64,000 nucleotides of DNA from Octopus vulgaris (GCA_951406725.2 OX597838.1:3348001-3412000), one strand, 5' to 3'. Counted from the first letter of the stretch, positions 12,023 to 24,732 are shown. Notes: a model not told the origin generated them from the sequence alone. Translations and numbers: made by a program.

Positions 12023-13340
12023 CTTCCTGGCCTTTCAACAGAGTTTTGTTTTGTTGCAAGGGTTGCAGTGAGGGTCCTTTACATTCTCCGATTCCCAGAC
12101 AAAGTGCTTTTTCACTAATTTTAACATTTCAACAGCCCCAGCCTCATTCATTTGAGCCAGAAGCGTCATACTTCACCTCATCTTTCACTCACCATTCTCA
12201 GACCCCACCATCATCATCATCGCCATTGTTGTTGCTGTCAATGCCAAAAGGGGGTCCTTAACAGTTCAAACCTTACTGCAGCTGTTGTGGATGTTGAGCA
12301 GCCCCCAAATCAACCCAAATCAATCAGTCGTGATTGATCCCATATTCCTCTACCATCCCCAGCCCTATACAAAGCACTGCATCCTTGCTTGCTAAAGTTG
12401 ACAAATATGACTCAAGGGAAACTTAGCTGCTATTTCTAGCAAACTGAATGACCACACAGAGACCTCCCCTGCCCCTCGCCAGCTCATCATTTATCGTTAA
12501 GAAATCTGTTCATTTTTTTTTCTTTTGGTTTTTGTCTTGTTTGGTTTGGTTGGCTTCATTCATTAAGTTGTTTGCATCAAAAACCTGCTAATAACGTCAT
12601 GATGCCAGGCTCCTCTTCTGACAACATGGAATTCTCAGTCACCAATCACCATGACAACCAGTTGCCAAGGAGACGATATAGATTTTAAAAATAGGTTTTT
12701 CAATTTAAAAACCACTCACTATATCACATACAATTACTACAAAACTGTACAGTACGGGTGGTAGTGATGTCAAACAGATGGGCAAAAGACCTTGAGCCTA
12801 AGACTTATAAACCATAAAAGGGCCTTGCAGCAGTTACTGTAATTCTACCCCCTAACCTCTTTCTCCGCTCTCCAGGTGTGAGGGGAAATTGCTAGGGATG
12901 TGAGCAAATGACCCTAGGCACACACGTTTTAAAAAAAGGGGTCTGCCACAGCCGCTATGCCTCCTTAGTGAGGATGCCAAACCTGTGGACATATGCATGC
13001 ATGGCCCCAAGTTCAAAACCCTTTCAATCAGTGCCTATGCTTCACTCTCACTTGAACCCTTTAATGCTCAGATTACTCTGCCAAAGGTAACACTTGATTG
13101 GTCATGCTTTGAATTATTCATGTGTTCATCATGCATTATATAATAACTTTGAAATTCTATTCTAGGGTACAGGTGAGGGGCCAGATTGAACCAAAAGTCG
13201 TAGAATACTCGGGCCGGACATGGATGCTTTAACCCTTTAGTATTCATATTACTTTGTCAAATCTGATGAATATTTATTCACATTCATTATTTGCATTATT
13301 TACATTCGACGGATATTTGTCTCATATCTTGTTTGTTGTT

Positions 13341-13386
13341 AACATAATGTTTCGGCTGATATACCCTCCAGCCTTCATCAGGTGTC
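13341..13386 (-). ncRNA. Minimal type I hammerhead ribozyme motif, inverted copy
   Basis: Minus strand GACAC-CTGATGA-A-GGCTG-gagggtatat-CAGCC-GAAAC-ATT-ATGTT has a perfect stem II and core; ACGT is mutated to ACAT. Confidence 0.7.
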
Positions 13387-13497
13387 TTGGGGTAATTTCG
13401 AACCTGGGTTCTCATACCCAAGGCATTTTTCCGATATTGTTGTTGTTGTTGTTGTTATTATTATTATTATTATTATTTAAGTCACTGCCTGGAATCA

Positions 13498-13570
13498 GGC
13501 ATATGGCGTAGTGGTTAAGAGCACGGGCTACTAACCTCAAGATTCCGAGTTCGATTCCAGGTAGTGACCT
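13498..13570 (+). promoter_or_regulatory. tRNA-derived head with RNA polymerase III A and B boxes
   Basis: GGCATATGGCGTAGTGGTTAAGAGC...GAGTTCGATTCC contains A box TGGCGTAGTGG and B box GTTCGATTCC at tRNA spacing. The acceptor stem is not intact, so this is a SINE head rather than a tRNA gene. Confidence 0.8.
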
Positions 13571-13641
13571 GAATAATAATATTAATAATATCATCAAAAA
13601 ATACCTTAGGAATGAGAACCCAGGTTCGAAATTTCCCCCAA

Positions 13642-13687
13642 AACACCTGATGAAGGCTGGAGGGTATATCAGCTGAAATGTTGTGTT
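13642..13687 (+). ncRNA. Minimal type I hammerhead ribozyme motif (Penelope-type)
   Basis: AACAC-CTGATGA-A-GGCTG-gagggtatat-CAGCT-GAAAT-GTT-GTGTT gives stem I AACAC/GTGTT, core CUGAUGA, stem II and GAAA. The palindromic ACGT of stem III is mutated to ATGT in this copy. Confidence 0.7.
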
Positions 13688-14278
13688 AACAACAAACAAG
13701 ATGAGGACAAATATCCATCGAATGTAAATAATGTACATAATTCCTCATCTCTTAAATATAGAACTGTATTTATTCACATTGTTTTGAATTAATCAAACAC
13801 TGTCTCAAAGTTTTAAGATTTCAATGATGTGATTGTTTACTTGTAGCATGGCATTCTAGGTAAGGTGTGAGAGAGGCTGGATCTGGCTATTTTGATGGGT
13901 TGGATTTGGCTGGTTTAAGTGCTTAAGATTTAAACCTTGAGCACTGAGATTACTGCCAAATGTAAAGCTTATCTATTCACATTGTTTTGAATCAATCGTG
14001 CAGCTTTGAGATTTCATTGGTGTGATTGTTTATTTGTAGAATGACATTGCTGAGTAGGTGTGAGAAGCTGGATCTGGCCTGGTTTGAACATAAAACAAGA
14101 TAGAATATTTGAGCCTGATTTTTTTTTTGATTTAGGTGATCACTTCCGGTTTGGAAACAATCGGGGTTGGTCCTGAAAGGGCTTTGGACCTGAGGGTCCC
14201 AGCAAGTTGGAATTGCACCTGTAGGATACATAAATGACATGCACTGCATAGACAAGAGAAAAGAAATTGGGTCACTTA

Positions 14279-14404
<126 letters not shown>

Positions 14405-14552
14405 CTATATATATATAGATGCATTGTATACATTTAGTAGATCAATGGAACAAAATTGCAACAAAAAACAAAAGAACAGAAGAAATAAAAGACTATTGTG
14501 GCATAAATCAAAGCAAAACAACAACAATAATAATAATAATAATAATAATAAT

Positions 14553-14742
14553 GGTTTTGAATTTTGCCACAAGGGCAGCCATTTTAGAGGAGGGGATACG
14601 TCGATTACATCGACCCCAGTGTTCAGCTGGTACTCAATTTATTGACCCTGAAAGGATGACAGGTAAAGTCGACCTTGGTGGAATTTGAACTCAGAATGTA
14701 GTGATGGGCGAAAAACCGCTAAGTATTTCGCCCAGCATGCTA
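14553..14742 (-). mobile_element. SINE family A (tail type 3)
   Basis: ttgccacaagggcagcc...cgaccccagt...ggatgacaggtaaagtcgacc...gaatttgaactcag. Confidence 0.75.
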
Positions 14743-14753
14743 ATAATAACAAC

Positions 14754-15113
14754 AAGAGCACTCAGAGAGCATAAGCCTCCACCAAGGCAACACCAATGTC
14801 CTCTCAATGATTAACAAGAGATGATTTTTAAAATGAGAATATCTGAAATAAACTCAACTGCTCTCACAAATGAGAATACTAAAAATGAACCCAACTGCTC
14901 TCAAAAATTAAGTAAAAAAAAAAAGAAAAAATAATCCAGAATCCTTGGCTGGTACCAGATCGATCCCAAAATCTAATCCATTCATGCCAGTCATGAGGCC
15001 AAACATCCCTGAAAGTTTCATCTGAATCCATCCAGCAGTTCTTGAGATATCTTGTCTCCACAGACAAACAAACAAACATGACTGAAACAATATCTCCGCC
15101 TTAGTGAAGGTAA
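14754..15113 (-). mobile_element. Non-autonomous Helentron/DINE-1-like element, copy 2
   Basis: Colinear with 8378-8755 (agagcactcagaga...aaatgagaatatctgaaataaactc...ccctgaaagtttca...caaacaaac...ctccgcctt). Confidence 0.65.
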
Positions 15114-15119
15114 TAATAA

Positions 15120-15322
15120 TGGCCTCAAATTTTGGCACAAGGCCAGCAAGTTCAGGGGAGGGGATAAGTTATTACATCAACCTTAGTACTCAACTGGTAC
15201 TTATTTTATTGACTCCAAAAAGATGAACATTGACCTCAGTGGAATTTGAACTCAGAAAGTAAAGGCAGACGAACTACCACTAAGCATTTAGCCCAGCCTG
15301 CCAAAGATTCCACCAGCTGCCT
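15120..15322 (-). mobile_element. SINE family A, degenerate
   Basis: ggcacaaggccagc...ctggtacttattttattgac...ggaatttgaactcagaa. Confidence 0.7.
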
Positions 15323-15325
15323 TTA

Positions 15326-15539
15326 CCCTTTTGTTACCGTATTTCTGTTGAGACGCTCTGTGCTTCTTTCAATTACTTTGAATATAACAAAGAATTTAGT
15401 AAAATAACTGGGTTATCATTAAGTTGGTGTTAGGAACATAAATTGTGACTAAGGTTTGGTGGAAGATTTTAATTCAAAACTTATGAAAACAAGACATTTG
15501 TACTCAGAGCCAGTCTCAGCCGGGTTGGTAACGAAAGGG
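15326..15539. mobile_element. piggyBac-type MITE family E
   Basis: TIRs CCCTTTTGTTACC / GGTAACGAAAGGG with flanks TTTA and TTAA; no coding capacity. Confidence 0.8.
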
Positions 15540-16764
15540 TTAATAATAATAATAAAGAAGGACCTTGTTTCTTTTATATTTAGACACAAGGCAACAGTAT
15601 TTTTAACTCTTTCAAAATAAAAGTGGCATTCTAACCAAAATAGGTAAGAACCATATTTTGTTATCTTCAGAAGGAAGCAAAGTTGGCCATGACAGTATTT
15701 GAGCTCAGGATGTCAAGAGAGAGAGAGACACATGACTAAACACTGCAAGGTGTTGCATGCATCACTCTACTAAAGGGAAAAGGTAAAATTCTAATGATCT
15801 GGACAGTCAGAGGTCAGTCTGTCTGTATGTCTACCCCCACCCCCCTCACATCTTTGAGTTCTTTGGATTTGTTGGAAGGATTAGATTAAGCAACACGCAT
15901 CAGTTTTATTGCTTTCATCCATTCAAAGGTTCCAATTCTCTGCCTGATGATGACTTACATGGCAGGTGGCGTTGTTCTTAAGCTAGCCAATGTTTGATCC
16001 ACTGTCCACAGGAATCTGAGGTTATCTTGGTGTATGTATGCGTGTGAGTGTGTGCATGCCTGCATGTGTACATGTACATACACATGCACAAAAGCAACTG
16101 TAATCTGTTAAGTCAGCTGATTCCAACGTGTGGGTCACTTTATCGATCTGAAACAATTGAAGCGGAAAAATAATTGACAGAGAAACTAAAACATTGATAA
16201 TTGTTCGTTTTTTTCCTTTCTTCTTTTTACTTGTTTCAGTCATTAAACTTTGGCCATGCTGGGGCACCACTTTGAAGAATCTTCAGTCAAATCCTTTACT
16301 AATTTTCTTTAAAACCAGGTATTTATTCTATCAGACTCTTTCGCCTAACCGCTAAAGTATGCGGACATAAACACACCAACACTGGATGGCAAGGCAGTGA
16401 TGAGGGACAAAGACGTGCTCACACACACACACACACAAATATATTTATATATGTCTTTTCCTTCTAACTACAGTCGTTTTTGAAATGTTGATTTAAGGTT
16501 TTCTTTGCTCTCACATAAAATGATTTTAAACCGATCATCATTGATTAGAAAAAATACCCCAAAAAACTGTTAGTCAAAAGAAACCAATTTCAAATGTCTA
16601 TCTGTCAATGTAAATTGTATATTTTATACATATAAATTTTTATTTTGTTCCATTCTCAATCTAAAGTGTCTGACGAGCAGAAACATGAAACTCTGAGCAG
16701 CAGCTTTTTATGATATTTTGGTGATGTTTTTGCAGCTTTAATAATGTATGTGCGTGTGTGTGTG

Positions 16765-16809
<45 letters not shown>

Positions 16810-17589
16810 AAGCCCGATGTGTATGTATGTGTATATATATATATATATATATATACATACATACATACACATCAGGCTTCTTTCAGTTTCCATCTACTGA
16901 ATCCACTCACAAAGCATTGGCCAGCCTGAGGCTATAGTAGAAACCACTAACCCAAGGTGCAATGCAGGGGGACTGAACCAGGGATCCTGTACCTTAAATG
17001 TATCAATAATTAATAAAACAAATTTCACTATCAAAAATTAGAAAAATGATTTGATAAAAAAAAAAAATGTGTGGAGAATGGAAAACAAGTTTATCAGGGA
17101 AGGTCAAAGAAGGAGTCATCTGCATGGTTGAAATAACAGTCAAATCTCCCTCAGTACTGTCTTAGAAAAGAGCGTATCAGATAATACAGTCCATGGTTCC
17201 CTACTACATAAAAAAAAAACAAAAAAATGACAGGATGGTCATGGTTGGACTCCTTTTGAACACAGACCTGCCAGTCAACTTATTCGGAGACAACCTGGTG
17301 TTAAAAACAACAGCTGACACACCCTCACCACGCGTATTCGTTTTATACAGTAACGATAATGCAACTTTGGGTCACTGAAGTGTGACGACATCAAACGACA
17401 TTGGAGCAATAATGGTGATGATGATGATGGTGATAGTAATGATGCAGAATCAATCAATCAATTAGGATCAAGTACAAGCAGCTAATCAAGTCACCTGACA
17501 GGTAGTTAAACTGAATACATTTGATCTGCAAAACTGGAAAAAAAAAAAAAATGCAATTTGTTTCCTCGTTAGCTAAAACAGGTGGGGGG

Positions 17590-17870
17590 GGGGGCTGAGT
17601 GGTAAAGTGGCTCACATTGCAACCTAGTGGTTTCAGGTTCGGTCCCATTCTGCGCCACCTTGGGCAAGTGCCCCAGGTTGATCAAAGCCTTCTGAGTGGA
17701 TTTAGTAGATAGAAACTGAAAGGAAGCCCATGTATGTGTGTGTGTGTTTGTGTATCTTTGCCCCCGACCACTTGACAACTTAAACAAAAAGAGATCGACA
17801 GACTGTTTGACTAAACCGTTCAAGGCAGTGCAGTGCCCCAGCATGGCCACAGTTCAGTGACTGGAACAAG
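17590..17870 (+). mobile_element. SINE family B, degenerate
   Basis: ggctgagtggtaa...ggttcggtccc...ccttgggcaagtg...gcatggccacagt. Confidence 0.7.
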
Positions 17871-18458
17871 AGGTCATAGAAAAAACAAAATTTATGGTTC
17901 ACTGCATGTAGTAATTAACTTTCATTTATTTATCAATTATATATTCATTTAGAAAGCCAACTCTCTCTTCACAATAGCCAAACCAACCAATATGATCATG
18001 TGCTACATGGTTGTTCAACCTGCTAGAAATAGCAGCAAGAACAAAAAAATGCCTCAAATATGGCCATAAGCAGAGTTGTATGGTTAAGAAAGGGTTTGTT
18101 TTGATGCTGTCAAGAAGGCATGAGGCTAAGTGACTAGGGTATGTAGCTCACAAACACACACCTGTGTGTATGTATGCGTGTATATATATATATATATATA
18201 TATGGTGTTATGAGCATTTATAGAACATGTACCCGATAGAAACTCAACAAAGATGAAGAGAAGGTGTCAAAAAGTTTTAAAAAAACATCTCTTCTCCATC
18301 TTTGTTGACTGGATACGTGTTTTTTATAAATGCTCATAACACACCTATTTTCATATTCGAAAAATACTTACAACAGTAAGCAACCAATGTAATATGAAAA
18401 ACCTTTATTCGAAATCGAACCCCACAAAGTAAAGGATGAAATAGAACTCAACCGTTTT

Positions 18459-18506
<48 letters not shown>

Positions 18507-18652
18507 ACACCCTTATATAAATACATACATACCTACACATATACACCTCCCTCTCTCTCTCTTTATATATATGTATAAATACATATACAAACACACACAC
18601 CTGTATATAAAGACATACACATCTATGCACACATATCTATACATACACACAC

Positions 18653-18704
<52 letters not shown>

Positions 18705-19458
18705 CTATAAATAGATATATAAACACATACACATCTATACACACACAACCAAACATTTAAAAAAGAAATCATTTGCTTATTTTTAATTCAAGTTTATATA
18801 TAACTGAGAAAATCCAAAATAAAGCAACTCAGATTTAAATCCCACTGCACCCCGCCCGTCCCTATCAGGAATGAAAGCTCGGCCTGTCTGCCAGGGTTCC
18901 ACCCACCCTTAACCGACCTACCCCTATACACGCACACACCCCTATCTACTGTTAGTTGCCAATGAAAGCCTGCTGTTGTTTAAGGGAATGACAGATTATG
19001 CGGAGAGGTGGAGAGGTGAGGGCAAATGATTTCAAGATAGGACAGTCTGGGTGTTTATTCTGTAACCTTTGAGGAACTTAGATGTGGCTGAGGGTTCAGG
19101 AGAGCATTTCTGGGAAGATTCCTGACTATGGCTCGGGGTAGGTGGAGGAGGGGGGGGCGGTTTGTGTCTTGTGCCTTGGTGTGTCATATTAGAGTATTCG
19201 GAGGGGTAAGGGGGTGGGGTCCTTTTTTGTTTCTTTTATCTTGTTTTTGGCACCGAATTGAACTTATGTGAATCACCAAAGTATGGAATGAAAATACTCT
19301 TCCCTGCCAAGAAAAAGCCCCAGACATTCATAAACAGAAGGATGATGTCAATACGAAAGATGAAGGCGATGATGATGACGGACGTAGATGAAGGCGACAA
19401 AGATGAAGAAGGCGATCAAAGATGAAGACAACGACACATATGTGTGTGTGTGTGTGGA

Positions 19459-19759
19459 GGCACAATGGCCCAGTGGTTAGGGCAGTGGACTCACGGCCGT
19501 AGGATCGCGGGTTCGATTCCCAGACCAGGTGTTGTGAGTGTTTATTGAGTGAAAACACCTAAAGCTCCATGAGGCTCTGGCAAGGGGTTGTGGTGACCCC
19601 TGCTGTACTCTTTCGCCGCAACTTTCTCTCACTCTTTCTTCTGTCGGCCTGCTTGCTTATCCTGCTTGCAGGGTGGCTTCATTTGAAGGCTAAAACAATG
19701 CAAAGCGCATTGTGACCAGCGATGTGTAACAACATCTGATAGCCTGGTCGGTCACGTGA
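19459..19759 (+). mobile_element. tRNA-derived SINE family C (body 1, tail 1)
   Basis: ggcacaatggcccagtggttagggc (A box), gggttcgattccc (B box), tail gaaggctaaaacaatgc...ctgatagcctggtcggtcacg. Confidence 0.85.
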
Positions 19760-21156
19760 TATATACACACATATATATATGCATAAATTCAGACATACAC
19801 ATAGAGAAATCTTCCATCCACTTCCTTGAAGCAAATTTCACTCGGGTTTTGTCTTCCCAAGGCTATAGAAGAACAATTGTTCAAGACGCCAGTCACTGGA
19901 ATTGAACCTGAAACCATGTGGTTGCAAAGCAAACTTCTTACACCACAGCAACTAGGCTGGCAGCTCTTATACATCTTTTATCAACTTGTAAGCAGTTTTC
20001 AATAAACAAAAATGTGCAGACCGAATATAATTATACCAGATGAATATTACTTCGTGTGTGTGTGTGTGTGCACGTGAGGAGTGTGTGTGTGTGTGTGTGT
20101 ATTTTTGTGTGTGCGTGTGTATCGTGCCAGCACGGCAAAACACACATTAAATGATGATGTTGACATACATACAAACATGAACAACTACACATTCACACAC
20201 AAACATACACATCTGGTGCGTGCGTGTATATGTATATATGTGTATATATATACATATATATACAAGCTTTACAGAGCACTGTCTACTTTAAATAATGTTT
20301 ATATAAAATAAATTTTAGCCTTGATTTTCTGAGCTAAGTAATGATGTAGAAAATCAAAATGTACTGGGCATGTGCAAGATATATATCCACACTACATACA
20401 CACACATGTATATACATATATATATATATACACAAGAGTGTGTATGCATGTATACTATGTGTATGTGTATATATATATTATACAATGTAATGTGTATCTA
20501 TGTATGTGTCTAAGTGTTTACATATATACACACACACACACACACACGAGCTTACATGCACATTACTTTGTATATATATGTGTGTATATATATTTATACA
20601 CACATACAATAATTTGTGTATGCATATAAGTATATATATATATATATACACACACAAACTTATGTGTACATTGCTTTGTATGTGTGTGTGTGTATATATA
20701 TATATACACACACAAAGATTAATTTGCCTATGTATATATATACAAATCCACACACACACACACATATATATATATACACACACAGACACCCTCACTATAC
20801 AAAATACACACACATTCATACACATTACTTTGTATATACACACACACACTCACACATACACACATATACACACACACAGTTATTGAGGATGAGTTGCATG
20901 TCAAGTGATTGACCCAGTTTCCCAAGATGGCTGAGCCTTGCACTGTGCCTGCTAAGACCAGATGTATCCAATTGGCCCCTGCCTGGAGAAGGCCCCAACA
21001 GGAAATTGCCTTACATGCCTCTCCCCTCAACCCCACTACCTTAACTCCTACCCGTGGATACACTATCATGAAGAAAACGCAGACACTCCTCACTGGTGGC
21101 TGCCACCACTGGCATTGCTGACAGCAGAAATGGTTTGTATATGAATGGCATGGGAG

Positions 21157-21164
<8 letters not shown>

Positions 21165-21188
<24 letters not shown>

Positions 21189-21364
21189 AAGAAAGAGGCA
21201 ATGACAGAGAGGAGGAGAAAGAGAGAATGACACAGAGAAACACAATAGTAAAGAGGGGGAAAGAGCAATGAGAGGGAAAAAGAGAGAGAGGAGGAATGAG
21301 ACAATGAAGAGAGTAGAGTGAGGCAATGAGAGAGAGAGAGAGAGAGACAGAGAGAGAGAGAGAG

Positions 21365-21395
<31 letters not shown>

Positions 21396-21453
21396 CATGC
21401 ATACAAGTAAGAGGTAGAAAGACGGTGAGGAAGAAGGAGTGACACAATGAGAT

Positions 21454-21500
<47 letters not shown>

Positions 21501-21745
21501 ATGAAAGAGAGAAAGGGAGAAAGAGGCAATGAAAAACACAGGAAGAGAGAGAGAGAGAGAGAGCAAGAAAGTGACAATGAAAGAGAGAAAGGGAGAAAGA
21601 GGCAATGAAAAAAAAGGTAGAAAGACAGCGAGGAAGAAGGGAGATAGAAAGAGAGAGAGCAGGAAAGTGACAATGAGAGAGAGAAAGGGAGAAAGAGGCA
21701 ATGAAAAAAAGTGAGGCAAAAACAGAGAGAGAGAGAGAGAGGGGG
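21165..21745 (+). repeat. Polypurine (GA)n tract with higher-order units
   Basis: gacaatga(a/g)agagagaaagggagaaagaggcaatgaaaaa is repeated three times among (GA)n runs. Confidence 0.8.
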
Positions 21746-22188
21746 GGTGTAGACCTATAAATTGCTGGAGTGAAGAGTGAACCAGACAATAAAAATCTCC
21801 TCAAGGTGTGAATGTGGTTTCCAGTGACAGAAGAGTGCAATAATAGAGCAATCTCTTCAGAGATATAAGTACGACAGAATGTGTGGAAGTAGCGGTCAGT
21901 AGAAGAAAAAGGTTTCTATGGCAACACAGACTATCGTGTCTAACAATGGAGGGAATCAGAAGAACACCTCGGACACATCACGACAGTGGCACCTATTAAC
22001 TCGTGTTGCAAGATGTGTGGCAAGAGGTTCGTTTCTCAACCACATGGTTTCCGGTTCAGTCCCACTGTGCAGCACCGTCAGCAAGTGTCTCCTACCATAG
22101 CCTCAGGCTGGCTGAAGCCTTGGGAGTAGATTTGATAGACGGAAACTGAAAGAAGCCCATCATATATGTATGTGTATGTATATGTATA

Positions 22189-22486
22189 TCACCGTGACCG
22201 ACCAGGCTATCAGATGTTCCTACACATCGCTGGTCACAATGCGCTTCGCATTGTTTTAGCCTTCAAATGACGCCACCCCGCTGGCTAAGCAAGCAGGCCA
22301 ACAGAAGAAAGATTGAGAGAAAGTTGTGGCGAAAAAGTACAGCAGGGATCGTCACCACCCCCTGCCAGAGCCTCGTGGAGCTTTAGGTGTTTTCGCTCAA
22401 TAAACACTCACAACACCCGGTCTGGGAATTGAAACCGCAATTCTACGACCACGAATCTGCTGTCCTAACCACTGGGCCATTGTGCC
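22189..22486 (-). mobile_element. SINE family C (body 1, tail 1), inverted relative to 19459 copy
   Basis: Reverse complement of 19459-19759 over its whole length. Confidence 0.85.
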
Positions 22487-24322
22487 TCCACACATACACA
22501 CATATATATATATCATCATTTAACGTCCGTTTTCCGTGCTGGCATGGGTTAGATGGTTTGACAGAAAACTGGTAAGATGCACCAGGTTCCAGTCTGATCA
22601 GACAATAAACAATACAAGGTACTAAGCCTCTTAATTATTTCCCGTCCCGCCGGCACCTGGCCAGGCTCAGTGCCTCACTCAAGTACCTCAATGGTGCTAG
22701 GTCAGGGCTCTTCAGCATGAAGTGGAATGTGTCTTCGAGGAAGGAGTTCACCCAAAATGCACTTACTTATGCCAGCATGTTTTTGAATTCAAATTCCCTC
22801 AAGATTGACTTAACGGTTCAGCAAAAGAACCAACAAAATAAGGCTTATATAAAAAAAAAAAAGACTAGGGGCGATTTATTCTACAAAGTGGTGCTCCAGC
22901 ATGGCTGTGGTTAAATGACAAACAAGTAAAGGCATCGGTGCTTTTTATGTGCCACCGGCCTCGGCCACGCTTGAATGGTGGTTTTTATGTGCCACTAGCA
23001 CAGGTGCCAGTTGGGTGGCAGTGGCATTATGCATGTATAGCTATGTGTGTATGTCTTTGTGTCTGTCTGTCCCCATCTCACCCCTTGACAACTGGTGTTG
23101 GTGTGTTTACATCCCTAAGTACTAGGCTTACAAAAAAAATTTGTCAGGTTGATTCATTCGGCTTAAAGTTTTTCAAAGTGATGCTCCAGCATGGCTGCAG
23201 TCACATGACTAAAACAAGTAAAAGATACACCATATTAGATAGAATAAATGGCCCAAGGGCACATTAGACACATCCCAATTTTAGTAGTGTGTCATCATCA
23301 TCATCATCATCTGGTTGAGCTTGCTCAGACATTTTTAACCCCTACATCTCATCCATCTAAGTCCTGCATAATTCGAAGGAGGTCTTCAGGGAGGCATCCA
23401 GCTTGAGTATGGCCAGGGACAAAATTAGTTTATGGGAGGCCCAACTTTGTATATAGGGCCCAGGATGGGTTTTTTTGGGGAAATTTTTTTGTGGTGGGGA
23501 AAAAAATGTTTTATATGCCATTAAATATGGTAAGCACAATGCGAGGAACTTGAGGGGAGAATGTCGTCGGTTATAACAACCCCAGAAAAATGAAAGGCCA
23601 AAATGGTCCCAGGTTGGAATTGAACTCAGTAGCAAAGAAGCTGGAGCTAAATGCCACAAAATACTCCTGGTTCTGCTGAGAGAGAGAGACAGGGAGAAGT
23701 GTGTGTGTGTGTGTGTTTTAAGTAGTGGACTTAAGGAGAGACAGATAGGAAGATTAAGAAAGGGTAGGAATGAATGAGAGGGAGCGAGAGATAGGAAGGT
23801 GATAAAGAGAGAGAGAGAGAGAGAAAGTTAGATGAGAGACATGGAGATGACAGAGAAGAAGAAAAGATAAGAGAGAGAGAGAGAGAGAGATAGAAAATGT
23901 AGGTTAGTCTGAAGTATTTCTCTAAAACAACACACTTCTTTGTAATAAAGAACACACACACATACATACACACACTTACATACATGTGTGTGTGTATATA
24001 TATAAATATATATGAACATATACACACACACACACACACAATTATGTATATATAACATTTAAAAATTCAGTAAAAAAGAAACCTTTTTGAAAAATAAAAT
24101 TATATTGAAAAAAAATTATATAAAAAGTCATCAGTGTGTGTGTGGGGGGGAATTAAAAATGGAGGGGGGTAGAGTCAAGAGCGACACGTAACCACAGATG
24201 TGTTGCATGCTCCACTCCAGTAACCAGTGTGGCGCAACACACGGGGCACCAAACTTGGGGTAGGCTAGGGTGCAGAATACAAGCCAAATAATACACCTGT
24301 TCTCTGCTTATTATTATTACAT

Positions 24323-24732
24323 AAGGCAGTGAACTGGTAGAATCATTGGCACGCTACGTTCTGAGTTCAAATTCTGCCGAAGTCGACTTTGCCTTTCATC
24401 CTTTCAGGGTCGATATAAGAGCCAGCTGAAACTGAAACACTGGGGTCGATGTAATTTTCAACAAGGGCAGCCAATTTGGAGAAGGGGACCCAAATTGGCT
24501 GCCCTTGTGGAAAATTTTGAAGCCATTATTATTATTATCATCATTATTATTAAGGCAGTGAGCTTAGTGGTATTTCGCCCGTCACAACGTTCTGAGTTCA
24601 AATTCCGAGGTCGACTTTACCTTTCGTCCTTTTGGGGTCGATAAAATAAGTACCAGTTGAACCCTGGGGTCGATGTAATCGATTCATCTCCCTCCCCCAA
24701 AATGGCTGCCCTTGTGGCAAAATTTGAAACCA
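24323..24732 (+). mobile_element. Two tandem SINE family A copies
   Basis: aaggcagtga...gttctgagttcaaattc...gtcgacttt...ggggtcgatgtaat occurs twice, separated by (ATT)n. Confidence 0.8.

Larger units (their letters stand above)
13285..13766. mobile_element. Inverted (head-to-head) pair of a tRNA-headed, hammerhead-bearing non-autonomous retroelement with 14-bp TSD
   Basis: A minus copy at about 13292-13496 (5'-truncated) abuts a plus copy at 13498-13766. TATTTATTCACATT is duplicated at 13271-13284 and 13767-13780. The insertion interrupts a family G MITE. Confidence 0.85.
13057..14120. mobile_element. Chain of three piggyBac-type MITEs, family G (13057-13228, 13233-13929 with nested insertion, about 13934-14120)
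   Basis: Each starts (TT)AA-CCCTTTA-like plus attactctgtcaaa-like sequence and contains ggtgtgagaggc...gatctggc; junctions fall at TTAA. Confidence 0.7.

Noticed and set aside
12480-12510. Minus-strand cag|ATTTCTTAACGATAAA resembling the start of PTEN exon 3 (FLxxK)
   Set aside because: In-frame TGA immediately after FLNDK and no donor at 45 nt.
15959-16015. Possible 57-nt minus-strand exon with GTAAGT donor
   Set aside because: Weak acceptor without a pyrimidine tract, no PTEN similarity, and its open frame is out of phase with exon 2.
19459-19530. tRNA gene candidates (also 13498, 26020, 29880-29953)
   Set aside because: A and B boxes are present, but the cloverleaves are imperfect and each continues into a multi-copy SINE body.
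20728-21840. 370-aa and 210-aa minus-strand ORFs rich in S/L/F
   Set aside because: Translation of (CT)n-rich low-complexity DNA with no domain features.
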